Of a stretch of 64,000 bases of DNA, positions 43,480 through 56,699 are shown piece by piece. The stretch comes from Guillardia theta CCMP2712 (lineage: Eukaryota; Protista; Cryptophyta). The stretch's first letter is position 1, and the number at the start of each line of letters is the position of its first letter. The notes beneath the pieces are model-generated. The model was not told the origin of the DNA. It worked only from the letters and a program-made list of their open reading frames with translations, and ran no database searches. Position numbers and translations under genes: made by a program. The stretch is taken from contig NW_005434667.1 of assembly GCF_000315625.1 (NCBI RefSeq), positions 405,160 through 469,159 of the forward strand, written 5' to 3'.

Positions 43480-46400
43480 ATCACTTATATTGACAAGGGT
43501 GAGAATACAAAGGGCTGGAGGAGAGTGGAGTTTGGTCAAGGATGGAAGTGAATGCACGAGGGGTAGAAGATGGGGAAGGAGAGGGGCGGGAGGAGAATGC
43601 AGAGAGGAGCGTCATCCGACTGAAACAACGTCAGAGGGCTGAAATCGTTTCCTGCTATCACGTCAGTCAGTCAAGTCAAAACCGGGAGGAGCAGGAATAC
43701 CCAGTCGAGAGCCCAGCTGCTGGCCAGCAGGACGAGGCTGCTCGAATCTCCAGATAGGTCGGCACCGCCTGGCGGTCCAGAAATAAGGTGGAGCTGAACT
43801 TCGCGCCCAGCGTCAGTCGCACGGACCCTGTCACGTGCACCTCAGCTCCGCCCTTGGAGGCAGCAGCTTTGATGAAGGCGCGGAAGAGCGCGAGGTCGAG
43901 GAGCTTCAGGAGGTCGACGCAGAGCTCTGGGGTGAGGGTGGTCTTCGATCGCGGTATCAGGAGGGGGTTCAGCGTCATGTCAGCCTCGAAGCGCCCGATG
44001 TCTCCGCCTTCCGCCTCGAGCGACAGTGAGATCTGCGAGACGCGAGCGTCTACGCTGAACGGGTTCCTGACGTCCACCCTGACGTGCACCTCCTTGTCTC
44101 TGAAGACGGGCACAGGATCCAGCATGATCGCTCTCGCTACCGTCTGCAGGCGGACAGGCAGGCCGTTGAGCTCCGTCCTCAGCCTCATCGCCCTCAGCAC
44201 AGCCTGCACCAGGGGAGCACTGGCGTGACTCTCAACGACGCTAATGTTGACTGGCCTCCCCCCCACCAGAGCTGAGATGAAGTCTGCGGCACAGGGATAC
44301 TGCTGGGGGTCAGGCGGATTCCTGTAGAGCCCGTTGACGATCAAGTGGCTCCAGCCAGAGCTGACGTGCAGAGCCTTCATCTCGACCAGCATCATCGGCG
44401 CAGGGACGAGACAACCTGTGGGGCTGATGCCGAGCGTCACGTCTCCTACGTCAGCCGACACTGCCGTGGGGTTGTTCACATTGACGTGCAGCGAGAAGGG
44501 AAGCTGATCCGACGAGTTGCCATCGACAAAGTCCAAATCTGAAACGTGGATCAGCCTGCCCAGCTCTGACCCAGACACGTGCAGAGGAAGCTCCAGCAGC
44601 AGCGGGAGAGAGTCGACAAGAATCTCTCCGAAATCGAACCTCAAAGTCGAAGAAACATTCCCTGAAAGACGCACTGACGCGCCCCCTGCCTCCTGGGCCT
44701 CCACTAGCACCTGAGCCACCAGGTCCTCGTCGAGCACAACGAGGCTCTGATCGACGAGGGAGAGAAAAAGTCGGGAGGTGGGAGCATCGTAAACGACGTC
44801 GGTTAGCGGCACCGTGAGTCTGGCAAGAGGGGAGGAATCAGCGGTACGAGAGAGGATGAGATCCGCGGACAGAGACGTGACGTCGAGAGCTGCTTCAAAG
44901 GGAAGCGTCACCTGGACCCACAGCGAGCAGCTGAACAGAATGTCCCCTCCGTCAGACAAAGAGACATCTGCTGAGGAGACGTTGAACGATTCAACGCTGA
45001 TATTGGGAGCAGGCGACTGGAAAGGAATGTTGAATGAAAGCTTCTCCACCACCTGCTGCAGCCATTCCGAGTCGAAACTTTGAGCCGACAGCCCCACAAG
45101 CTGCAGGTCGACCCTCTCCCCTCGGAGGAAGGAGCCCACAACTTGTCCAAGTTCGTCTTTTTCCTGTTGGGCAACTCGTCAGGACCAGAACTTGGAGGGG
45201 CAGCGAAGGGACATGGCTGTACCTCTTTCGAGGAAGGAAGCAAATGACCACTGACTCTCATCACATTCTTCCCGGGCCCGATGCTCATCGACTGCGAGAA
45301 CACTTGCCCGAGGCGTAACCCCCGCCGCTCGAGCGCCAGCGCGATGGCACCCAGGGACGCAGAAGCGTTAGAAGGGTTGCGGAAGGAACCCTCGGCAGAG
45401 AAGAGCAGCGATCCTCCCACAGAGCTGAACACCTGGATCGAGTCGACCTCCACGTCCCTCAGCCCCCCGCAGCCTTTCAGCACGAGGTCCTGGGTCAGGT
45501 ACACCCCCGTCAGCGTCAGGTTGCCCATCGCCGTCGTAATGTTCACGTTGCATGTGCACCGGATCTCAACCTCCAGCTCTGTGGAGTTGAAAAAGTCCAG
45601 CAGCAGCTGACTGAAGGGGACAGGGGAAACGGTCGCGAGGGAAGCGAAAGAGAGCGAATACCGGTATCTTGACAGACGCAAGATCTTGTCTGGGATGACT
45701 TGAAGATTTGCTGCCATGCTCTGCTGGTAGAAAGCTGACACCGAAAGCAGGCTGATGCCTGTCAGAGCGAACGGAGAGTCTTGTCCGAAGATGTCAACCA
45801 GCTCCAGCTGAATCTCAGCATCGAGCTCCACTATGCTTGACTCAACAGGGCGAAGAGCAAGGCGAGGAAAGAAGATTGAGGATCCTGACACAAGAGGCAT
45901 TCGTTTTCCACTGACTGTCACGTCAAGTTCTGTGCCAATCAAGCCTCCTGCGATGAAGTGATTCGACACGCTTGTGAGGTTGGCGGTGAGAAGGACAGGT
46001 CGACCATTGACGAGTGAAGAGAACAGCTCGGATGAAGAGACAACGTCTTCGGGCTGCAAAGATGACAAGGTTACATGACACATCAAGTCAACAAACGAGT
46101 CATCGGCAGGATCTTCACCTTCAGGATGCCGGAGACTGACAGTTTGTTCGTTCCTGGCACTAAGTTCTTCACTGTATCACTCGAAAAGCTTCCGATCCTT
46201 TTGTTCTTGTATGAAATGTCAAGCGTTACGATTCCAAAGTCTGCAATCTAGAAATGGAGATTATTTTACGCTGATTGAACGAGATATATCTACCTGAAAG
46301 ATGGAAGGATTATTCACCATCAACTCGGACCTTATCATCATTTGTTCCATGTCTGACGATTTCATGTCGAAATCGACAATCGATATCTGACCTTTTGACA

Positions 46401-47539
46401 ACCTGTCCATGGATTTGGCTGAGATCTCCTTCTCAACTTTGATGTCCGAGAACCCTAGGGACAACGACATGCCGAGGAAGTGCACTGCAAAACTTTGTGA
46501 GATGATACTGCAAGAGGTATTGTAGCATCACATTCTAGACTCAGAGAGATCTGTCCTTGAATGGCCATTCGCGTTTCTTGCAGGAAGAAAATGTTTCTCA
46601 CGAACTCATCGAGACATTCGGAATGGTCTGAATTCGACAATTTGATCTTCCCGTTTCTCAGCAGAACATCCGATTCTCTCCTGTTCACTCCGTCAAACAA
46701 GAGAATACAGCATGATGAAAGCTTCATGTGGAACCCACTCGATACTGAATCCCGGAAGCAGCAACTCCCCAAGCATGCATGAAACCTCACTCTTCACCCC
46801 ATGTACTGGATCATCTTGAGACGGCAAGACCGCCGAGAAGTTAGATTCGCCAATATTGATAGATCCTGGCCACAACCTAAAAGTCAAAAGGATCATTTGG
46901 GAAATGCACATTGTACACAAATCACCAGGAGGCCCATATGCCAACACTCAGTCGGCTGTCGACTTCAACAACAGGAGCCGAATCGATCCAGCCGATCACA
47001 CCTTGTTCGATCTGATTGCTATTTACAATCGTCACATTCAACTCCCTCAGATCTAAAATCGAGCTCGACATCAGGCTCTGAACTGTCAGCGGGGCTGCGA
47101 TGATTCCAATGATGATCATGATGAATGTCACGCCACAGCAAGAGATCAATCTTGGCGCAATCTTGCCGTCACAGAGCAACGGCACACACGTTCCGTGGAC
47201 TGTTTCATCATCTGCAGCATCTATTCACTCCCATAAGGGAGAAGGGACGGCAAGTCAGGCATTCACCTCGCACTTTGGACAGGAACCACCCTCTACTCCT
47301 CTCCGTGCTCGGAGGGACGTCTCTGTCTTCTGCAGCATCAAGCTAAGACCATTTGCGTCACATCCTCATGCTCACCTTGACGTCTGATCTCGTTCCATGA
47401 GGACCTGCTCACCTCCCACGTCAGCGCGTATGGGTGGGGAAAGCAGCAAGTACCCGGGCAGCAGTCGACTGGAGGGAGAGTCGCTATCATCGGCATTGCC
47501 TTCTTCCAAGCAGTCAGTGGATAACGCTGAACCATCCAT
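43480..47539 (-). CDS. Type II membrane protein with repeated LEA2/DUF3712-like domains, multi-exon, ends approximate
   Basis: TM segment GVTFIMIIIGIIAAPL; repeated NP motifs (VNNPSIFQ, FRNPSNASASLG, VNNPTAVSADVG, VRNPFSV). Confidence 0.6.
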
Positions 47540-48179
47540 ATACACTACCATTCGCATCACCTCCACTCCATATGACCGTACTGAGCACATACAGGAAGGG
47601 TCACAGGACGATGGGTCCCCTGGGGGATTACCTCGTCTTTTTCCTTGGAGGATCTACCTCAAACTTGTCAGCATTCACAGTCAAGTTCTCATCCTTGTTG
47701 TACCTCTACGCTTCTCTCTCTTCAAATACCCCGTCACAGCTTCAAACAGGCTATGAAAGGGAACGTTAGCAACCTCATTGCAACTGGCGCTCAGGCTGTC
47801 AGACCTGGTAGCCCGATCTTTCTGCGTTCTCCGCCCACCTTCATGAGTTATCACCCACATTCACGCAGAACAAGAGCAATCGAACCTCCTCCTCTCTCCT
47901 CCTCGTCGTACCAGTTGCTCATTCTCCGCCGTCACGCTGCCCCCTTCCCTCCCCAGTCCCCGTTCTGCATGTTTCCTGATTTTGGAGTGGTGTTCCAACA
48001 ACGACCAAATTTTCATCCCCCTCATGTTCAAGCTCATCTCCCTCCTACTCAGTTCATCGCCCTCATCCCCTTTCTTCTGTTTGACCAGCACAACAGCAGT
48101 ACAACCAATTTGACCGACCATATGTTTCCCGCCCTCCTTTGTAGGGTGTGTTTCACTACCCCCTATATGGGCTGATTTA

Positions 48180-48660
48180 AATGTTCAAATATCAGGTAGG
48201 GTCATACCACCCACCCTGCATCATTCCTTTCTTTTTTTGTGGGGGCGGGAAAATGTGAAGACGGTCCTTGCTGAGAAACCAGGGGTGGTCGATTTTGATA
48301 CAGGGTTATCGATATAAAAGGGTAGGGTACTTATGATATGAAAGAGGGGTAATAATTCCTAGGGTAGGTGGGTGTCTAGGTCAAGCAGATAAAGGTCATA
48401 GGGGGGATGTGGGTTTGTGGAATCCTACCAGGGGTAATGATGGGTGGGTACTAGATCAAGTACCGGTATATAAACAATTGTTTCGTGTCTCTGTACAGGG
48501 GTGATTAGCAAATGACCGGTGATTTTTACTACAAAGTTCAATTTCTGGATGGGGTGTCAAGGAACAGAATTAATTTCAAAAGGTAGGGTCATGTGAGATG
48601 GGTGGGTGTTGATGGAAATTCAAGGGGTGGTGCTAGCAGGGTCATAATCAAGGGTGAGAT
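48180..48660. repeat. Probable interspersed host repeat, G-tract-rich and non-coding
   Basis: No ORF; recurring AGGGTAGGGT/GGGTGGGT/TAGATCAAG-type motifs between divergent genes. Confidence 0.35.
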
Positions 48661-48672
48661 TGCTGCAGCCGC

Positions 48673-51600
48673 ATGGCGGGAAGCCTAGGAAAGCGCGCGC
48701 AAAGCGAGCAAGAGGCACGGGGGAATGAGAAAGCGTGACTGGCGGTCATCCAGCGAAGTACATGAAGAGCGAAGAGGATAAGACCATGCCATCGGGAATC
48801 AGCGTTCAACGAAACAACGGGAAGAAGCTTTGCAAGGACGGAACATGCATCCTGTGCAGGAAAATGCATGTTGCCGCAGCGATTTGAACTTTCAGGACGT
48901 TTACTGGAAGTCAGATCATCGATTACAGGGATAGGTATTTGTTGCAGTACGCTTGGAAATCGTTTCCCTCTCCATATCATGGCGCAACAGTTACATCGTC
49001 GTCTTTGTTGCAATTTCTGTGATTGACAATCATTCTATTTGAACTTTTGCAAGCTTGTTTTCGTTCATGATTAGAGTCAGAATAGTCCGTTGAAGGTGTA
49101 CCGGTGTAAAGGAATCTCTCGCTACGCTCAGAAATCCAACCATTGGTTCTTCTGCTGATTCCTCTGCGCAAGCACACCTGATGACCAGCACCCTGTCCAT
49201 TGCACCGCATAGCAGGGTTTCTACGCAAAGCCTGGAGTCAACTTTGACAGCCTCTTGCGAAGATGATGGCTCCTTGAGTTCTCGATGTGAAATGGGGCGG
49301 CAGACTCGACTGAGCCGTGAAGGGGGTACGGATGAACTGAGGGGTATCCCATCTACCTCTCGGGAAAGCCAAGGACATGAAAAATGCTGCGACGCAAATC
49401 AACATGAAGTGTCTCATAGAAGCTGTGGTTGCAATGCAAGCCCGAATCGTGTTCACAACATGCCTACGGATTTTTCTGATCAACAACAGGTTGACCACTG
49501 AAACATTTCACCTTGAATAAACTGACCAGTGACAACAGAAAACACGCAAGAATTCAAAGAAACCGACTGGCAAGAGGCAGAATCAAGACATGGATGAATA
49601 TGAAACAGATGAAGAAATAATGTGAGTTCAACATGGCCTTCTTATGTGTTTTGACATGAACCATTACTTCATGACTGATTGTATAGCATTACTCCTCTGA
49701 TTCATTCAATCTCAGGTGGAATAAGGTTGTGAAGCGACATCGATATTATGAATCTATTGAGAAACGGGAAACGAATGAATTCATGGAGCGAATCTATAAG
49801 ACCAAAGTCAACGACATCTTTTTCAGTAGGAAAAAGAAAAACGAAAATATTTTTGGGGTGGATATCAATTCGCCATTACTCCCCAAGGGATTGCATCTGC
49901 AAGGTAGCACCATATTGGAAAAGGCAGCAAACCTGCACCAGAAGCTTACAGGTGGTCTGGAAACGGAGGAAGACAAAACGACGCATGAGAGCTGGAGCAA
50001 CTCGCATTCTGGTATGTTAGCTGAAAGCAATCGATTGAAGAACATCAGCAGAGAATTTTCGAAGGAAGGACGAATCGATATAAAGACGTATCGCAATGTC
50101 AATCGCGATACAGCATTCGATGAAGGAATCACTTCTTCATTCTTCGCGAAATACAGCTCAGGAGAATACATCAAGTCAAAAGACGACCTCGAAGCTTCGC
50201 CATATTCCGCCAGAGATTGCAAGAAAAACGAGAGGACCACAGCCACACGGTATCCAATGCATTTCAATGAATCAGGAATTTCAAATATTGTGTTCACGCG
50301 GAAATTGAATGGGACTTGTGACAATCAAGATTCCGAACTGGATTCAGATGAACGCAGGCTATTCCAAGCCTTGTTTGCATCTTACGGTGAAGAAGCCTTT
50401 ACCATTTCAAGATTGATGTGCAATAAGAGCATCAAAGCAATCGAGAGGATGATCCGAGATTCCAGAAAGGACATTCCATGCCAAATATGCAAGAATCCAG
50501 AGCAAGGGGACGAAATGATTTTGTGTGACAGATGTGATAAAGGATATCATATTTTCTGCTTGTGAGCCCTTTGTTGGAAATCGTCGCTTGTTTCTCATAT
50601 TTGTTTGCTTTAGGGATCCTCCACTTGTAAGAATACCTGATGGAGATTGGTTTTGCTACCAGTGCAAAGAAAGCATCGATGGTGTAAATCGCTATTTGCG
50701 ACCAGGACATGAACATCGCCTGGATTGTGAGGGCCTTGGAAATGAGCTCTCTGGTCTTGAATGTACTTGAAACTTTTGCTGGTCCTATATATGATTTGTA
50801 TTGATTTGCAGGCGAGGCTGAAAAAGAGCTCGTCGAAGCTTTGAAGATCAGAAGCCTTCAAGAATTCGACAAGCTTGCGGACTCTGCAGAAGGGGGGAAA
50901 CGAATCATATCTTTGGACGACATTCATTATCCTCAATTTGAATCTATATTTGGGGTCTACTTGTTAACTTGCCCAGTTCCTGTCCATAGAGAGCAAGCTG
51001 TCGCATATCTTGTACCGCTCCGGCGGCACCTTCGCATTGTTGTCGCCTCTACTATATCCGCGTTCATGAGTCTTCAAATTGAACATATCAAAAAGGAAAG
51101 GTACAAATACATGAATGGAAGCCAATCAGAACATATGGACGTGAAGCTTAGCACAGCTCCATATGCAGCAAATGATGGATACTGGGGACGGTGAGACCTT
51201 GTCAACTACTCTTTGTTCACATGCTCGAATAAGTACACATTTGATGTTGGTGTCGATGGGCCTCGATGATTGAATGATTTCCATTCGAATGCCAAAATAT
51301 CTTCTTTTGCTTCTATTTGAGACTTGATGCTGATAAGAATTTTTTTCAGAAATCGTGCATGGATTTTACAAGTCAATCCACAATTTATGGATGTCAGAAG
51401 ATGTTTGGAACAAGAAAGAGAAATTCAATATTTTGCCAAGCAGTAAGTTGTGCCACCGGACTTTTATAATAGTCAATTGACTTTCTGTATAACAGATACA
51501 AGAAAAATTTAAGACCCGGAGACAAGATTTATTTTTGGCAATGCGACAGAGTAATCGATCGCTTGACATTACCTAAAATGATCTCTGATTTGCATTCACC

Positions 51601-53600
51601 CTCAGGTAAAACAATGTCAAAATCGCTGGAGACTGCAAGGAGGGGGTCTATTCGCTGTCGGACATGTGACTTGTGCTCCTGTTGACACATCACTGCATGA
51701 CAAGTACAGATCATACTGCAAGCCTGTGGCTCTGATGCTGAACCCTTGGAAACACCATCCAAGCATACTGATTCAACTCGATTGCTTACTTGAACAACCG
51801 ATTGTTCCAGAGAAATTCGAAACTGGCATGAATTGTGCAGAACTTCACATTTTCACCAATCCGTTTGATTCTATATATCGGATCACTGCCAAGCAGATGA
51901 CCGCAATAGACTCTCTGATAGATGGATGGATGGCACCCAGTGAATCTCGCAGGCGAGGCAGAAGTTCCCAACAAGACCTTCCGAAAGCCTTTGTCGATCC
52001 AGCTGCTTCAGATTCAGATTCCCTCGCAGGATCGGATTACGAATGTGTAGAGACGGATGTAGGCCGGAAGGATCCCACTTGGAAGGAAAAGTGCAGTCGA
52101 TTGTTGAAGGGTATGAAGAGAAATCGTAACTCTGGTCCTTTTCTACGCCCAGTAGACTTGGTGCAACTTCCGGATTATGAGTCAGTGCTGAGAGCAGCAG
52201 GCTGCTCTCCGATTTGCATCCAAGACATCGAGAACAAATTAATGAACAACGATTATCATGATCACCGAGGCTTCGTGAAGGATTTCAGAAGAATGTTTTT
52301 GAATGCTCATGTATATAATCCAGAGAGAGATCCAGTTCACAAAATGGCGCAAGAACTTTCAGAGGAGTTCGAAACAAAATGGACCAAGTTTCGCAAGTCT
52401 TTGAAGGATCGGAAGCAAGATGTAAAGTTGATGCAAAGTGCAGGCAAAGGATCCGTTTCAAACAACTTGCCTGGAGATCGCTCAGGAGACATTCTGGATG
52501 ATATGAGTGCTCGATCTTCAAATGGTACCTCATGTAATGGAGAAAATGGTCTCATGGATGGCTGTTTATCTACCGCAAACTCAGCAGGAGCGAATGGTTC
52601 AGGGAACATGAATATGGACGAAGAAGCTGACGCACAGAATGCCGTCCGCACGTGCAGAAAATGCCTGAGTTCTTCGAACGTTGAGAAGCTCTTGGTGTGC
52701 AATATGAGCGGTTCTGCATTTCACTTGGACTGCCTTGTTGAACTTCCGGAGTCCTTGACTGATGGCCCATGGGTAGCACCGATGCATCTCCTAGCCAAGC
52801 CTCATGGAGACCAAGAGAATGATGGCGGCAGCTTGCAATGTTGCTGTGTCTGCTTGCAGGAAAACGGAGAAGATTCTGTTGAATGCCTGTCCTGTTCGTA
52901 CAAGTTTCATGCCCGTTGTTCTCGAAGGAGTGAATGTGTCCACGATGAAGAGGCAAGAATTTGTCCGGATTGCAGAAATTACCTGTCGCCTGCGTCTGTT
53001 CGGGGCAATATCCTGTACAGTTTGATTCGAAGAGAGGTCTTGCTGGAGTGCAGGAGATTAATCCACTTGTAATCTGGGATATAAGTCGCAATTGTTGTCT
53101 GACTTTGATGTTGACAGGCATTGCGAACTTTGTGCAAGGGACAGGCAACGCGATCTGGACACGTATGCAAACGTAGCGTGACTTCTCACGTAGCTGACGT
53201 CATTGCAGAGAAATTCATCAATTTCGTCTCAAAAAGTCCACGGCCAGATTGTCAAAAAGGATTCTAGATTACAATGCGAACCTCCTGCGGGAGGCAAATC
53301 GTCTCCTTGTTTCCATGCATGTCGCTTGTACGAAACGATGATTCGTTTCTTGTCGTTTCTTCGAAATGTTTAGCAGATTGTTTAATAAATCAAGTAGATC
53401 CTTGACTCTCCTGGCATGTTGTGCTTCGATGATTAACTTACAGGTGCATGAGGATGCATTCACAATAGCCTGGCAGGATCTGAACGAAGGAGCTTGTTTT
53501 CAGGGAACCAGACGTCGTGATCTTGAGCCAGGTTCGATGGAAGGAGGTGGTTGAAGCACTCTTGAAAGCTGGCGCAAGACATTTCACTCGAGGGAAGTGA
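48673..53600 (+). CDS. Multi-exon chromatin reader: PHD fingers plus bromodomain
   Basis: PHD: CQICKNPEQGDEMILCDRCDKGYHIFCL|DPPLVRIPDGDWFCYQC. Bromodomain: SGPFLRPVD..PDY..IENKL..Y..FVKDFRRMFLNAHVYN. Two further PHD-like fingers. Confidence 0.8.
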
Positions 53601-53679
53601 GCATGTGAACCTCTCGCACCTCTCGGAGCAGAAGACATCTCCTTCGCTTTCCCAGGGAGGAATCACGATCTACGCTCGC

Positions 53680-55036
53680 AACTAGTCAGCATCTCCCTTT
53701 GTCTCGAAGGGGAAGGCCTTCACCTGTACCAATTCACCTCCAAACTTCATCCTTGTGGCGTAGGAATGGAGATACGTCCTCTACAACAAAGGTAAGACTT
53801 GCTCTTGCGGCGCTGTAGTCTCACGTCTACTCCTTTGGCTGCATTTCCGGCATAGATCGCATCGCCGAGGATCGGAGAAGAAAGGCATTTCATCGCCACC
53901 CTGATCTGGTGTGTCTTGCCTGGAACCAAGGGAAGGAAATCAGCAGGTAGCGAGCAGGAACGCGACTGACCTGTCGAGGGTTTGAGCAGGAACAGGCGCA
54001 GCATTGGGGGCTTCCCGTCCTCACTCGGAGGGTCTGTGAGCTCGAAGGCTGTCTGTATGAAACTAGTCACAGCGGGGTTGTCCTGGGTGCGGAGCAGCTT
54101 CCATGCTGATCGTCTGGTCCGAGCCATGTCGCCCTTGACCGTCCCTGCGCATCTATTGAGAGACCTGATGCAAGGAGGAGAGGAGGAGGAGGAGAAGGAG
54201 AAGGAGAAGGAGAAGGAGAAGGAGGAGACCTTGTTTCTTAGAGGGCTTTCCAGCGGATACAGCGACGTAGTACTTGTCGACGTTCCTCTCTCTGAACTTG
54301 GTCATCAACTCACTAGCTGCTCCCCGCGTCTTGGCGAAGAGCAGACATCCCGACGTGACCTTGTCGATTCGATGAACGGGATGCAGAGATCCACGATAGT
54401 CGAATCGCTCCTCTGCTTGCAGACTGCGGATATACTGCAAGATCCCTGCATTGCCCTGTTCGTCGACGTGGAATCCGATGCCTGGAGGCTTGTTGACAGC
54501 TATCAACCCGTCGTTCTCGAAGACTATCTTGGGTATTCCGAACTGCGTGAGGAAATCGAAAGTTCAGATTGCATGTACGCATTAGAGAAGAAGAACTTGA
54601 GCATCATTTGCAATGAAAGCACCTGATGTTGCATCCGAGGATTCACGGCAGGTCGACTGCCATGAGCGCAGGGTCTGAGAGTGATCTTGGAGCAGGTCGA
54701 CATAAAGCACGAGACACATGATACAGAAGCAAGCTGAGCAACCAATAACACGGGCAGATTATCAAGAGGGACTCGAGTACGGAGAGCTCGAGGGAGGAGG
54801 CACTTGGAGGCGGTGAACAAGAATACGTGAAGGAAGGCAAGGAGCGACGAGAGGAAGGCGAGCAGCGGTTGACTGATGAGACGAGAGAAGGAGACTATCA
54901 GAGGAGCGCGAGAAGTAGAGGAGGAGAGGAGAGGAGGAGCGCGAGAAGTAGAGGAGGAGAGGAGAGGAGGAGCATGCGACCGTGTGCGCGCGGCTGCATT
55001 GCGACCACTGGTGCTCATCGGGATCGATGACCACAC
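53680..55036 (-). CDS. RluA-family pseudouridine synthase, multi-exon, ends approximate
   Basis: IAVNKPPG, PVHRIDKVTSGCLLFAK, GKTHQIRVAM..PILGDAIY. Confidence 0.85.
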
Positions 55037-55146
55037 GTAAGGGAGAATAGAGCCCTGAAATAATTTCAGTGAAATTTCAAATATGTCTTGAAGATTTCAA
55101 ACTTACAGGAAACTGGTGACACCGTGTGAAATTCAGTGCCTCGGCC

Positions 55147-56583
55147 ATGCTGCGAGCGGTGGTGGCAGCAGTGACGGTGGCGGCGGCAGCAGAGGTGAGA
55201 GACGGGAGGTGGAACACGCTTGCTTCGCATGCAGAATGTTACCTGATGGTGGTGCGTGATGCGTTGAGCCTTTCCTTGTCCTCTGCATCAGCGTGTCATC
55301 CTCTTGACATGTAGTTGTGCCTTGAGATGCCTTTGCGTGTGTTTCCGCTCATTGCTCCCGTTAGGCTTTCAGCCTCGGCCCCTCTCCTTTCAGCGTCAGA
55401 AGCAACGAGCCGAAGATGGCATGCCAACGCGCTCCTCTGAGCCTGCAGATGCTTCTTGGAGTCCCCAAGCAGGTGCTGGTCACTGGAGCATCGGGAAGGA
55501 CCGGGTTCTTGACCTTCACGGTGAGGAGGAAAAGTTGGATGTGCGTCTCCTTTGATGTTATGCTCAGAAACTGCGAGAGCTCGAGAAGGAGTTCTACGTG
55601 CGAGGGCTCGTGCGATCGCAGAAGGGAGCCAAGAAGTTGGAGACAACCGGGGCATCCCTCGGAGACAGCGAGAAGATCAAAGAGCAGAACGCTAAGATGA
55701 GAGCCATGGGTCTTCCTGCTGATGACGACGTGGGTCTGTCTGGATGTCGGTATGCTATCTGACACGAACGTTTGGTTGATCCAGGAGCCAGAGGTGTTTG
55801 TGGGCGACATCATGGATAGGGATTCCATCCAAGAAGCCTTCGACGACCTGGACGCCCTCGTCATCTTGACCAGCGGGGTCCCCAAGTTGCGCAAGAGGGA
55901 GATTGTCAAGACGGTCCTGTCGAAGCTCATCGGACGCCAGCGCATGCCCAAGTTCTACTACGATCAGATGCCTGAGGAGGTGGACTGGTTGGGTTGCAAG
56001 TGCCAGATAGACTTGGCGAAGGAGAAAGGTATCGACCACGTCGTCCTGGTGAGCTCCATGGGAGTGAGTCCGCAGAAGAATACCCCCGACAACACGTTGA
56101 ACAAGATCGGAGGAGGAAACATCCTGGTCTGGAAGGCTAAGGCTGAAGACTACCTCAAGGAAAGCGGCTTGACGTACACCATCATTCACCCTGGTGGTCT
56201 CACCAACAAGCCAGGAGGCGAGCGAGAGCTCGTGCTCGGAACTGATGACTCTCTCCTTGACAACTACGAGCAGCTTGGTGCGAGTCAGAGTGTTGGAAGT
56301 GCGAGATGTTCTGACATGGAGGCAAGGTGCGACGCGAACCATTCCTCGGGAGGATGTGGCGAACCTGGTGATTGAGGTGATGTGGTCGGTTGGATCAGCG
56401 GGTTGCTGAGAGTTGAGACAGGTCTTGAGGCATAAGGAGCTTGTTGCCAACAAGTCGTTCGACGTTGTCACCAAGGTTGCAAGTTTCTTGCTGAGGTTCA
56501 TGCGTCCTTGACATGTATGGCAGGATGTTGGTGCTGGTGCGCCAACCAAAGACTGGGAATCGCTCTTCAAAACTCTACCCTAG
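55147..56583 (+). CDS. Plastid-targeted NAD(P)-binding atypical SDR (At5g02240/Tic62-like), multi-exon
   Basis: Bipartite leader MLRAVVAAVTVAAAAE|AFSL; VLVTGASGRTG, PEEVDWLG..QIDLAK, WKAKAEDYLKESGLTYTIIHPGGL, TIPREDVA. Confidence 0.85.
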
Positions 56584-56699
56584 AAAGATGAATTTGGGAT
56601 TGAAAAGATAAAGAGTTGCATGACTGCATGTGCTGAGTATGAGAGCATATCGGCGACATGCGTTTTTGTCACGAAGAAATTCATCTGGATCTGTGGGAA

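Noticed and set aside
54175-54228. Poly-Leu / poly-EK coding stretch
   Set aside because: A simple repeat most likely inside an intron of the RluA gene.
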